Shown: one piece after another, positions 22,012 through 31,380 of the stretch
Position numbering within the stretch: the stretch's first letter is position 1
Layout of the letters: each line of letters opens with the position of its first letter
Assembly (NCBI GenBank): GCA_963705505.1
Contig: CAVPJU010000010.1
Location: forward strand, 160,001 to 224,000
Direction: 5' to 3'
DNA: 64,000 nt
Source: an uncultured bacterium
GTDB taxonomy: Bacteria; Desulfobacterota_D; UBA1144; Nemesobacterales; UBA2774
Position numbers and translations under genes: made by a program
The notes under the pieces: model-generated
The model's input: the letters and a program-made list of their open reading frames with translations, nothing else
What the model was told of the DNA's origin: nothing
Databases searched by the model: none

Positions 22012-22551
22012 TTAAGTATTAAACGCCTTCCTGCGCCTTAGCGCGAAGAACACTCCGATGAGCGCAAGTCCCGCGGCCGCCGCGATCATGCCCCACTCGG
22101 AGAGAGCCGGTACATTTACCGGCCTTCACATTAATGAATGTGCAGGTTTGGTGCCCTCGCTGACACACTCCAGGCTTACACCATTGTCAATATTGTGACA
22201 TTGATGCCGGGCACTTTATCGCAACGATTTGATCGAGAGCCCAACCGGGCAATGGGTCCTCAGAAACCTCCAGGCTCGTCTGACTCGATCCCGGACCCTC
22301 GACAACCCTCCGTAAGTTGGCGGGCAGTGTCGGTTTGTTGCCGATCTATCTCCAGCTTGGAGGGTGAAGGGAAAGAAAACCGCATCAGCCTCCGATACAG
22401 GAATTGGCAGCTCCGGAGCTTCCTTGCAAATTCTTACAAAGCAGGACGGCTGTGCGGTCGCGGTATCGGAGAACGAGGGAACCAATAAAAGCCCTAACAC
22501 GGATAGAACAAACAGGTAAACCGGCAGTGTTTTATTCTGATATGAATTCAT
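22012..22551 (-). pseudogene. Tandem IPTL-CTERM paralogue disrupted by several indels (pseudogene or low-quality sequence)
   Basis: Intact N-terminus (CFVRICKEAPEL). Fragments in shifting frames SLEVSEDPLPGWALDQI, SLECVSEG and CTFINV. Intact C-terminus NVPALSEWGMIAAAAGLALIGVFFALRRRKAFNT*. The span is 540 nt, the same as the neighbouring paralogue. Confidence 0.8.
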
Positions 22552-22717
22552 ATACCCATCCTCCTTTAAGACTTTAAAGAGCCATATTACAACGATTTAC
22601 GTGAATATGCAATAATCTTCATATCTCATTTATAATTGCCGATTATTATCCGTCCCTTCGATCATATTCCTTGCTATCCCTCTCACGGATGTTAGCCTTT
22701 AAACATAGGTGACCCCG

Positions 22718-23230
22718 ATGGCCAAATCAAAAACTCTCTTCATTGTACGCCACGCAAAATCAAGCTGGGACGATACAGCGCTCGATGATAAGGATAGGCC
22801 TCTTAACGAAAGGGGCAAGGAAGAAGCTCCTAAAATAGGGAAGCATCTGGCCGGCTATGCAGTCAAGCCCGATCTCATCACATCGAGCCCGGCGGTGCGC
22901 GCACTCAAAACCGCTGAGAAAATTGCCAAGGAGCTCGGGTTCAAGAAATCGGACGTGGTGGTGGACGAGGGGATCTATACCTTCAACGGGGGCAGCCTGA
23001 TGGACGTGGTGAAAGGGTTCGACGACAAGTACAGGTCCGTGATGATGGTCGGCCACAACCCCGCGATCACCTCCTTCGCGAACGAGCTCTCCGGCGTGGG
23101 CATAGACAATATCCCGACCTGCGGCGTGGTGCTCCTCGAATTCGACGCCCGTAAATGGAAGGACATAGAGAAGGGCTCAGGTAAGCTCCTCGAGTTCGAC
23201 TACCCGAAAAAGCTATGGGGAAAAGCTTGA
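22718..23230 (+). CDS. sixA: SixA-like histidine phosphatase
   Basis: [28 protein letters not shown] and VGHNP. Confidence 0.85.
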   Translation: MAKSKTLFIVRHAKSSWDDTALDDKDRPLNERGKEEAPKIGKHLAGYAVKPDLITSSPAVRALKTAEKIAKELGFKKSDVVVDEGIYTFNGGSLMDVVKGFDDKYRSVMMVGHNPAITSFANELSGVGIDNIPTCGVVLLEFDARKWKDIEKGSGKLLEFDYPKKLWGKA

Positions 23231-23279
23231 AATTTTTCCCCCGAGCAGTTTAAATCCCTTACTCGATAGCTTAATAGAT

Positions 23280-23768
23280 ATGGAATACTCGACACCGGAC
23301 CTCTGCGACCTTTACCCCGGGCTTATTAGAGTGGCTGAGCCCATATTCAAAAATTTCGGCGGCAGAAGCTCCTTCGGCGGAGAGGTCTTCACCGTAAAAT
23401 GCTTCGAGGACAATTCGGCAGTGAAGGAATCCGCCGGAAAACCCGGGCACGGGAAAGTGATGGTCGTCGACGGCGGCGGCTCACTGCATAAGGCGCTCCT
23501 GGGAGACCTCATTGCGGAGACGGCTCATAAGAACGGCTGGGAAGGGCTCATCATATACGGCGCCGTGCGCGACGTGGACACGCTATCGGGGCTCGACCTC
23601 GGCATCAAAGCGCTCGCTTCCATACCGCTGAAGACGGAAAGAAAGGGACTCGGGGAGCTCAATGTCCCCGTAACTTTCGGCGGCGTCACTTTCAGCCCCG
23701 GAGAGTACGTGTACGCAGACAGCACGGGTATCATAGTTTCCTTCAAGCCTCTTGAAATGCCCCGATGA
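23280..23768 (+). CDS. rraA: RraA family protein (HMG aldolase / RNase E activity regulator)
   Basis: [34 protein letters not shown] and YADSTG. Confidence 0.92.
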   Translation: MEYSTPDLCDLYPGLIRVAEPIFKNFGGRSSFGGEVFTVKCFEDNSAVKESAGKPGHGKVMVVDGGGSLHKALLGDLIAETAHKNGWEGLIIYGAVRDVDTLSGLDLGIKALASIPLKTERKGLGELNVPVTFGGVTFSPGEYVYADSTGIIVSFKPLEMPR

Positions 23769-23945
23769 CACACGGGTTATACTCAAAAGCACGCTAATAC
23801 CGGTTGAAATCAGCCCGATTAGACCTATCCCCGGCGAAAATCTATTGATAAAGATTAGAAAATAATCTAGAATGGATTCGGACGGCCCATGCTATAATAA
23901 ATTAATTACCTTAGGTGAGCAGGATTCGATCCGAGCGGAGGACTG

Positions 23946-25821
23946 ATGAAACTTTTACTTATAAACCCGAGATTCCCCGAGAGCTTCTGGAGCTTCAAAT
24001 GGGCTGTGGATAATATCATGCCCCGGGACATACGGACTATCAACCCGCCCCTCGGACTCGCTACCCTCGCCGCTCTGTGCCCGCCCGAATGGGAAATAGA
24101 AATCATAGACGAAAACATCGAGACCATACCGCTGCAGCCTGTGGCCGACATCATCGGCATCTGCGGGATGGGAGTTCAGTTCCAGAGGCAAAAGGAGCTC
24201 CTGAGGTTCTACAGGAACAGAGGCTACTACGTCGTCGCCGGGGGCAGCTACGCATCGCTCTGCCCCGAGTACTACCAAACACTCGCTGACACCGTAATTG
24301 CGGGAGAAGCCGAATACATCTGGAAAAAGTTCTGCGCCGACTTCGACAAAGGCTCGCCCGGAAAGCTCTATAAGGAATGCGAGGAAGTTTCGCTCGAGGA
24401 CTCGCCGACGCCGCGATTCGATCTCCTAAAATTGGACAAATACCAGGCAGTGAGCCTGCAGTTTTCGAGGGGGTGTCCGTACCGCTGCGAGTTCTGCGAT
24501 ATAATCGTCATGTTCGGCCGCAAGCCGAGGGTGAAGTCTTTCGAGCAGGTGGGGAAGGAGCTCGACGAGCTGAGGAAGTTAAACATCACCAACGTATTCT
24601 TCGTGGACGACAACCTTATAGGCAACAAGCCCGTGGCGAAGAAGCTCATGGCCTATCTCAGGGATTACCAGAAAGAGCACGGCTACAAATTCCTTTTCGG
24701 CACCGAGGCGTCTTTAAACCTCGCGCAGGACGACGAGCTGCTCGATCTATTCGCTCAGGCGAACTTCGGCTGGGTATTCATAGGTATCGAGTCTCCGGAC
24801 GAAGAAAGCTTAAAAGAAACTCTCAAATTCCAGAACACGAGGGCAGACATACTCGGCTCGATAAGGCACGTATATTCGTACGGCATAGAGGTCCTGGCGG
24901 GATTCATTATCGGGTTCGACAACGATACAGTCCGCACGTTCGACCTCCAGTACAACTTCATTCAGAATTCGGGTATTCAGGCCGCCATGATAGGCCTCCT
25001 CACCGCCGTGCCCAAAACGCCTCTCTACGAACGGCTGGAGAAAGACGGCCGCCTCATCAAAGACGCGAGCGGTACAGACAACACGAAGCTCGGGACCAAC
25101 CTCATCCCCAAACAAATGACGTACGAGGAGATGGTGAGCGGCTACAGAGAGCTCTATTACAGGCTCCTTGACGACAGCACCATAGCGGACAGGATCATAA
25201 ACAAGACGACATACATGAAGAACCCTCTTTTCAGGAGCACGTACGGCATAGGGAACCAGCTCCGGTCGTTAAAGAACTTTATAATAAACGGAATCCTCCC
25301 CGGAGGGTTTTCGAGGACTTATCACTTTTTGAGGACATTCCCGTTCACCAGGCTCGACATGGTCCCTCTGGTCATACAGGATTGGACTATAGGCATATCC
25401 ATGAGGAATTACGTCGACCGTCACTTCATACGGGTAACGGACGAAGAGGGCAGTCTCGCCAAAAACCATCTCGAGACGCTGAAGAAATCATTCCAGCGGT
25501 ATCTCAGTAAAGGACACCTCGAGGTTTCTCTCAAGAAGGTCCGCAACGCGGCGCATAATCTTTCTATCTCCCTAAAAGGGAATACTCGACGGAGAATTTT
25601 TCGACAATATAGGCACACACCTGGAGAACGTCCTCAAAAATACCCCCTCCTCCATAACGCTCAACATCGAGGAGCTCCACGAGACGGAGCGCCAGCACCT
25701 GCACAGGCTCATTAACCGCCTCTCCCGGTACGGGGACAGGATATACATAGCAGTCCATGAAAAGCTCCGCGACAAGGTGCATATCGATTCCTCCGTTTTC
25801 AACCTCGTGCTTGAGAGCTGA
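23946..25821 (+). CDS. B12-binding radical SAM protein (DUF4070 type) with C-terminal extension; +1 frameshift near 25580
   Basis: NPRFPESFWSF, PPLGLATLAA, SRGCPYRCEFC (CxxxCxxC), FVDDN and GFIIGFDND. The shifted frame continues LKG-ILDGEFFDNIG...VFNLVLES* to TGA 25819-25821. Confidence 0.88.
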
Positions 25822-25872
25822 CCCCGGCTCTGGTAATTTTCTTCAACAAAATTCTACTCACGAGGGTATAAA

Positions 25873-26898
25873 ATGACTCAAGGGAAAGATCCGTCCTCCA
25901 TACTGCGTACAGGATTCGGCTTCTGGGAATCCAAGGTTCTGCTGACGGCCGTGGAATTCGAGCTCTTCACCGTGTTAGGCGATAAAGCCATGACAGGGGG
26001 GGAGATCGGAGAGAAGCTTTCACTGCACCCGAGGGGCATATGGGACTTCCTCGACGCTCTCGTGTCTATGGGGTTCCTCGACAGGAAAGGCGACGGCCCC
26101 GGCGGGCTTTACGGCAACACAGAGGCTACCCGGCATTATCTGGATAAAAAGAGCCCTTCGTATATCGGCGGGATACTCGAAATGCTGAATGCGCGCCTGT
26201 ACAAGCACTGGGACGACCTCGGAGAGGGGCTCAGGACGGGAAAGCCGCAGAACGAGATAAAGCACGGCAAGAAATCCATCTTCGAAGAGCTTTACTCGGA
26301 CCTCCCGCGCCTGGAGCAGTTCATGGGAGCCATGACAGGATTCTCGCGGGTAAACTTCGAGGCGCTCGCCCAAAAGTTCGACTTCTCGACGTACGAAACG
26401 CTGTGCGATGTCGGAGGCGCCACCGGTCTCCTTTCCATATGCGCCGCAAAAAGACACCCGCATTTGAGGTGCACATCGTTCGACCTCCCGGTGGTGGAGC
26501 CGATAGCGAAAAGGTCTATAGAGCGCGCGGGATTGTCCGACCGCATATCTACGGCCTCGGGGGATTTCTTCAGGGACCCGCTGCCAAAGGCAGACGTGAT
26601 TACGATGGGCATGATACTCCATGACTGGAACCTCGAGAAGAAGAAACACCTGATAAGGTCGGCATACGAGGCGCTGCCCGAAAAAGGGGCGCTCATCGCC
26701 GTAGAGAATCTTATCGATGACGCCAGGCGCGAAAATACGTTCGGACTCATGATGTCCCTCAACATGCTTATCGAATTCGGCGACGCGTTTGACTTCACCG
26801 GCGCCGATTTCCGGGATTGGTGCGGGGAGGCGGGTTTCAGGGACTTCGAGGTCATACACCTGGCCGGCCCCTGCAGCGCCGCGGTTGCGTATAAATAA
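25873..26898 (+). CDS. O-methyltransferase (Methyltransf_2) with N-terminal dimerisation domain
   Basis: SKVLLTAVEFELF, CDVGGATG, FDLPVV, GDFFRDPLP and MILHDW. Confidence 0.92.
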   Translation: MTQGKDPSSILRTGFGFWESKVLLTAVEFELFTVLGDKAMTGGEIGEKLSLHPRGIWDFLDALVSMGFLDRKGDGPGGLYGNTEATRHYLDKKSPSYIGGILEMLNARLYKHWDDLGEGLRTGKPQNEIKHGKKSIFEELYSDLPRLEQFMGAMTGFSRVNFEALAQKFDFSTYETLCDVGGATGLLSICAAKRHPHLRCTSFDLPVVEPIAKRSIERAGLSDRISTASGDFFRDPLPKADVITMGMILHDWNLEKKKHLIRSAYEALPEKGALIAVENLIDDARRENTFGLMMSLNMLIEFGDAFDFTGADFRDWCGEAGFRDFEVIHLAGPCSAAVAYK

Positions 26899-27112
26899 TT
26901 ACGCGATAATCTCATACCCCTCCGTAGGAGCGGCAGCCTCGTAATTTTCTTTTCCGTCATTCCCGACGCCGATCGGGCCTGCCGGGGCGACCCTGGAGTC
27001 CGGTCTTTTCTCTTAATTCACTCTCCTTAAATCGCGCTGGACAAAAGGGGAGCAGTCCATCAACATATTACGTTTACATATAAATACAGTCACACCGCCG
27101 GAGGTTATTTAG

Positions 27113-28246
27113 ATGAAGACGCGAGTCCTGGTTCTTGGAGCGGGTTTCGGAGGCCTCGAGCTCAGCACCCTGTTGTCGGAGGCGTTCGGCGATGAGGTCG
27201 ATGTGACCCTCATCGACAAGAGCGACCACTTCATTTTCGGCTACTCGAAGCTCGACGTGATGTTCGGACGGACGGAGCCCGACGCGGTCCGCCTGCCGTA
27301 CCGCAACTTCGTTAAAACGGGCGTGCGCTTTCTGCAGCAGACGATTACCGCGATCGACCCGGACGCGCGGCGCGTCACAACCGATGCCGGCACCTACGAG
27401 TCCGATTTCCTGGTCGTCGCGCTCGGCGCCGACTACGACCTCGACGCCACGCCGGGTCTCGCCGAGGAGGGAAGCGAGTTTTACTCCGTAGCCGGGGCCG
27501 AGCGGCTGCGCGGGGTGCTGCAGAATTTCTCGAAAGGCCCGGCCATCGTCGGCGTTTCCGCGGCGCCGTTCAAGTGCCCGCCCGCACCCAGCGAATGTGC
27601 GCTTCTGCTGCACGATTTCCTGACGGCAAAGGGCGTCCGCAGCCGGTGCGAAATTACATTGGTGCTGCCGCTGGGGAGCCCGGTGCCGCCGTCGCCCGAC
27701 ACTTCGAGAGCGCTGCTGAGCGCCTTTTCGGAGCGCGACATCAAGTTTGTTCCCGGGCGCCGCGTGGCATCGCTTGACCCCGGACGCCGCGCCGCGGTGC
27801 TGGACGACGGCAGCGAGCTGCCCTACGAATTGTATCTGGGCGTGCCCAGGCACTGTGCGCCGAAGGTAGTCGAGTCAAGCGGCATGGCCGAGAACGGCTG
27901 GGTGCCCGTCAATCCGAGGACTCTTGAAACACGGTTCGCCGGGGTCTACGCAGTGGGCGACATCGCCAATACCGGAACACCGAAGGCGGGCGTGTTCGCC
28001 GAGGGCGCGGCCCGCGCTGTCGCGGCTTCGCTTATCGCGCGCATACGTGGGGGCGACCGGCCCGGGGCTTACACCGGCGCGGGTTCCTGCTACATCGAGT
28101 TCGGCGCCGGGCGGATCGGCCGGGTCGACGTGGATTTCTTCTCGGGGCCTTCGCCCACGGGCACCTACCACGAGCCTTCTGTCGCCATGCGGTCCGAAAA
28201 GGAGCATTTCGGTTCGAGCAGGCGCGCCCGCTGGTTCGGCCTGTGA
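27113..28246 (+). CDS. FAD-dependent sulfide:quinone oxidoreductase-like protein (type III-like)
   Basis: LGAGFGG, FKCPPAPSE, VYAVGD, PKAGVFAE and GSCYIEFG, with two active-site-like Cys; GGAGGT RBS. Confidence 0.8.
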   Translation: MKTRVLVLGAGFGGLELSTLLSEAFGDEVDVTLIDKSDHFIFGYSKLDVMFGRTEPDAVRLPYRNFVKTGVRFLQQTITAIDPDARRVTTDAGTYESDFLVVALGADYDLDATPGLAEEGSEFYSVAGAERLRGVLQNFSKGPAIVGVSAAPFKCPPAPSECALLLHDFLTAKGVRSRCEITLVLPLGSPVPPSPDTSRALLSAFSERDIKFVPGRRVASLDPGRRAAVLDDGSELPYELYLGVPRHCAPKVVESSGMAENGWVPVNPRTLETRFAGVYAVGDIANTGTPKAGVFAEGAARAVAASLIARIRGGDRPGAYTGAGSCYIEFGAGRIGRVDVDFFSGPSPTGTYHEPSVAMRSEKEHFGSSRRARWFGL

Positions 28247-28328
28247 TTCATGCAATAGCGTATGCCGGCATCGGCCCGTCCCATTGTCTCAATCCGTTCC
28301 GAAGGCGCAGCGATCTTTTCTTTTAATT

Positions 28329-28365
28329 CCTTCCCCCGAGGCGGGGGGAAGGGTAGGATGGGGGT
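28329..28365. repeat. REP-like GC-rich palindrome
   Basis: CCTTCCCCCGAGGCGGGGGGAAGG hairpin followed by GTAGGATGGGGGT. Confidence 0.6.
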
Positions 28366-28596
28366 CATTAATCCATTCAGAACCATAACCAAAATCCTTT
28401 CCGACAATCCGACAGACGCGCGGAGCCTATACCCCTGCGGATGTGTCGGATGTCGGATGATTCTTATGCATCTACTTTTTGCATGGCGGCGCGGAAGTGA
28501 TGAAGGCCGTAGAGAAGAAAGAGGGTTGGGAGAAGATAGATGGAATCATTGAAAAGCTCTCTGGGGCGCACACCGTGGCGCGTGCCGACAACCCCG

Positions 28597-28898
28597 TTTG
28601 TCGGGGAGAGATATTCACTGCAACTCCGCCGCCCGACCGACCCTGTCATCGCGAGGCTACAAAGTAGCCGTTGCGATCTTTCATTTAGTTGTCATTCCCG
28701 CGGAAGCGGGAATCCATATCTTTAAATCAAAATAAGAAAAGGCTGGATTCCCGATAAAGACCTTCGGGAATGACAGAAAAGAAAAAGACGAGATTGCCGC
28801 GCTGCGCTGATCGCCTTAGACCTGCCAGAGCGTTCGAAGGCTCGCATGACAGCATTAGATCTTTTTTGTCGGTGAGAGATATTCACTGCCACTCCGCC
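28597..28898. repeat. Nested palindromic elements between 34-bp direct repeats
   Basis: Direct repeats at 28597-28630 and 28865-28898 (32/34 identical). Outer inverted pair TGTCATCGCGAG...CTCGCATGACA (28644-28851). Inner pair TGTCATTCCCGCGGAAGCGGGAATCCA / TGGATTCCCG...CGGGAATGACA (28690-28775). Confidence 0.85.
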
Positions 28899-29007
28899 CC
28901 CAAACGGGGCATATAGGGCTCGCGGCGGACCGGTGATAACGGACGCCGTCTCCCCCTCGCCAACAATCATATTTACACCAGCCATTCGAAAACATTCCCG
29001 CAAAAAT

Positions 29008-29035
29008 TTGACAACTCGCTATAAATATGAATAAT
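29008..29035 (+). promoter_or_regulatory. Putative sigma-70 promoter of rplU-rpmA
   Basis: TTGACA at 29008-29013, 16-nt spacer, AATAAT at 29030-29035. Confidence 0.55.
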
Positions 29036-29069
29036 TTTTACTCTTTTACAGCAATGGGAGGAGTATATC

Positions 29070-29381
29070 ATGCAGGCGGTAATTAAAACCGGCGGAAAAC
29101 AGTACAGCGTGAGCAAAGGCGATGTAATAAGTGTTGAGAAGATCAGCGGAAACCCCGGTGACGAAGTCGAATTCAAGGAAGTCCTGATGGTCTCGGACGA
29201 GGGCGGGGTCAAGATCGGCTCCCCGGTCCTGGACAATGCGGTTGTGAAAGCTAAGATTATCGGCGCGAAGAAAGGCGAGAAAGTCATTATCTTCAAGTTC
29301 AGGAGAAGAAAGGATTTCAGAAAAAAGACCGGGCACCGACAGACCTATACCTCGATCCAGATAACCGATATTTCAAAGTAA
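29070..29381 (+). CDS. rplU: 50S ribosomal protein L21
   Basis: AVIKTGGKQY...KFRRRK...GHRQTYT. Confidence 0.99.
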   Translation: MQAVIKTGGKQYSVSKGDVISVEKISGNPGDEVEFKEVLMVSDEGGVKIGSPVLDNAVVKAKIIGAKKGEKVIIFKFRRRKDFRKKTGHRQTYTSIQITDISK

Positions 29382-29395
29382 GGAGGTAACTTAAA

Positions 29396-29656
29396 ATGGC
29401 AACTAAAAAAGGCGGCGGCAGTACCAGAAACGGAAGGGACTCAATAGGCAGGAGGCTCGGGCTGAAGAAGTTCGGCGGTGAAACGGTAAAGGCAGGCAAC
29501 ATCCTTGCCAGGCAGAGGGGCACCACGTTCCATCCGGGGCTCAATGTGGGCATGGGGAGGGATCATACCCTGTTCGCCCTTAAGGACGGCATCGTAGAGT
29601 TCCAGAGGTTCGAAAAAAAGAAGACCAGGATCAATATCCAGCCGGTTCAGGCCTAG
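29396..29656 (+). CDS. rpmA: 50S ribosomal protein L27
   Basis: [20 protein letters not shown] and GRDHTLFA. Confidence 0.99.
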   Translation: MATKKGGGSTRNGRDSIGRRLGLKKFGGETVKAGNILARQRGTTFHPGLNVGMGRDHTLFALKDGIVEFQRFEKKKTRINIQPVQA

Positions 29657-29970
29657 CTTAAGATTAATTTTGATGTGTTTTACCGTCCTTATCAGCGGCT
29701 CCCGGTGCCGGCGGGAATTTTAGCTTTGCCTTCCCGTGAAGTTCAGCAAAAGTAAAATAATTGTCCCGATCCATACGAACGTATTCCCGGATGCGGCTTG
29801 CGAAATATGCCGGGAATTTTGTTAACACTCTGTTAAAATCTATCTTTACCAGTTAAATTTTAGCCAGTATTATGAAAGTAGCTTTTCTTTAATTTTAGGT
29901 ATTCACTTTAACATGAATGTATCTCACTCATGTGTATGCATTCAATTCAGCAACCGGAGAAAAGAGATAA

Positions 29971-31200
29971 ATGGGATTCAAGTCCAGGATAGGAAATGTA
30001 TATTCGGGAAACGCACTGGTTCTCGTTTTTATTTTCACCCTGGTTTCCGTACTGATTTCCCTCTTTAACTCCTATTTTTTCACATCCACCATAACCGAAG
30101 AAAGGGGGCAGGAGCTCGCCCAGCTTTTCAATACGTCGGGCAAGAGCTTCGCCGACACTTCAAAGGACATACTCAATTCGAGAAAGGATATAATCTACAT
30201 TAAACTGCTGAACCCGGACGGCGTGCTGCTCGAAAGCTTCGGCGGCCAGGACGGGGATAACGTAGAGATTGTCCCGATAACCACGCCCGAGAACAACTCG
30301 ATAGTCCTGGGCGTCGTCGCCAGGGATTTCAAAAGCCTCGCCATATCGTCCTTAATGTGGAGCGCGCTTATCGGTATCGCGGTATCGGTAGTCGTAATAT
30401 TCATATTATCCCTGTTCTCGTCGGGCAGGAACGACTCGATGGAAAAACTTATATCGGCCATGAAGAACGTCACCCGCGGGGATCTCGCGGGCTCGAGGCT
30501 CGACCCGGAATCTTCGGACGACGTATCGACGATCAGGGCCTATGAAACCTTCAACCAGATGGTCGACCGCCTGAGGCGGAGAGAAGACATCGAGGAGGAG
30601 CTGCCGCCATTCCAGCCTACCCTGATCTCCTCCGAGGAAGACGAGGAGGACATACTCGCGAGGCCGAGGAACGTAACCGTGGTCGTCGCGAAAATAGCTG
30701 ATTTCCAGGAGCTCTCGAACACGCTCAAGCCGTCTGAGTTCAACTCGTTCCTCGCGGACTACAGGAAAGCCGCGTCCGCCATAATTTCTAACTACGGCGG
30801 CGTGATCGAAGCATTACTCAAAGACGAAATAGTCGCCTTCTTCAACGCACCCGAAGAGCTGGTAAACCCGGAGTTAAAGGCCGTATGCTCCGCCGTGGAA
30901 GTGCTCCAATTGCTGGCGAGCATAACGAGGGAGAGGAAGATCGAGGGCAAAGCCGCTATAAGCGGGAAAATAGGCATCGGGATGAAATCGATCCCCGTAT
31001 ACGACGATTCGGGCATCCCGCACGGTATAAAAGAAGTCACGGATATCGCGAGGAGAATAAGCACGGTCGCCCCGGTCTGGCGGGTGATAGTATCATCCGA
31101 CGTGTACAGTATCGTGAAGGATTTCGTTGAAGCCCGGGAGCTCAAGCTCGGAAACGAACCCTACTATTCGATAGTAGGCGTTGAAGAGGGCATAGCTTAG
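29971..31200 (+). CDS. Membrane protein with HAMP and degenerate class III adenylate/guanylate cyclase-like domain
   Basis: Two TM segments, HAMP-like MEKLISAMKNVTRGDL...FNQMVDRL, and a cyclase-fold pattern VTVVVAKIADF...YGGVIE...DEIVAFFNAP...KIGI...IARRI...VIVS. Confidence 0.72.
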   Translation: MGFKSRIGNVYSGNALVLVFIFTLVSVLISLFNSYFFTSTITEERGQELAQLFNTSGKSFADTSKDILNSRKDIIYIKLLNPDGVLLESFGGQDGDNVEIVPITTPENNSIVLGVVARDFKSLAISSLMWSALIGIAVSVVVIFILSLFSSGRNDSMEKLISAMKNVTRGDLAGSRLDPESSDDVSTIRAYETFNQMVDRLRRREDIEEELPPFQPTLISSEEDEEDILARPRNVTVVVAKIADFQELSNTLKPSEFNSFLADYRKAASAIISNYGGVIEALLKDEIVAFFNAPEELVNPELKAVCSAVEVLQLLASITRERKIEGKAAISGKIGIGMKSIPVYDDSGIPHGIKEVTDIARRISTVAPVWRVIVSSDVYSIVKDFVEARELKLGNEPYYSIVGVEEGIA

Positions 31201-31380
31201 TTTTCACTGTCTCTCGTCTCTCAACATCTAATACCCAATCGTATTCCCCGGAAGCGGAAGGATCTTTCCTTTCTTTCCCCTGACCCGTCATTCTGAGCTT
31301 GTTTCGGAATCTCTTCTGATGAGACCCCTGCGACTCCTATTTGTCTCGGAATTGAGCTTTAGGTAATCTATGCTCCCAAT

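Noticed and set aside
7148..23230. Functional link between GAF-PtsP and the SixA-like phosphatase
   Set aside because: They are about 13 kb apart with unrelated genes between; nothing in the sequence ties them together.
25572..25585. Programmed ribosomal frameshift at AAAAGGGAA in the radical SAM gene
   Set aside because: The required shift is +1, the site is not an X XXY YYZ heptamer, and four other genes show the same +1 lesion, so sequence error is the simpler explanation.
28597..28898. 34-bp direct repeats as a CRISPR array
   Set aside because: Only two copies, separated by 234 bp of palindromic sequence, and no cas genes in the window.
28262..29003. Short ORFs in the gap between the SQR-like gene and rplU
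   Set aside because: They run through palindromic repeats and show no recognisable motifs, and none resembles a transposase or nuclease.
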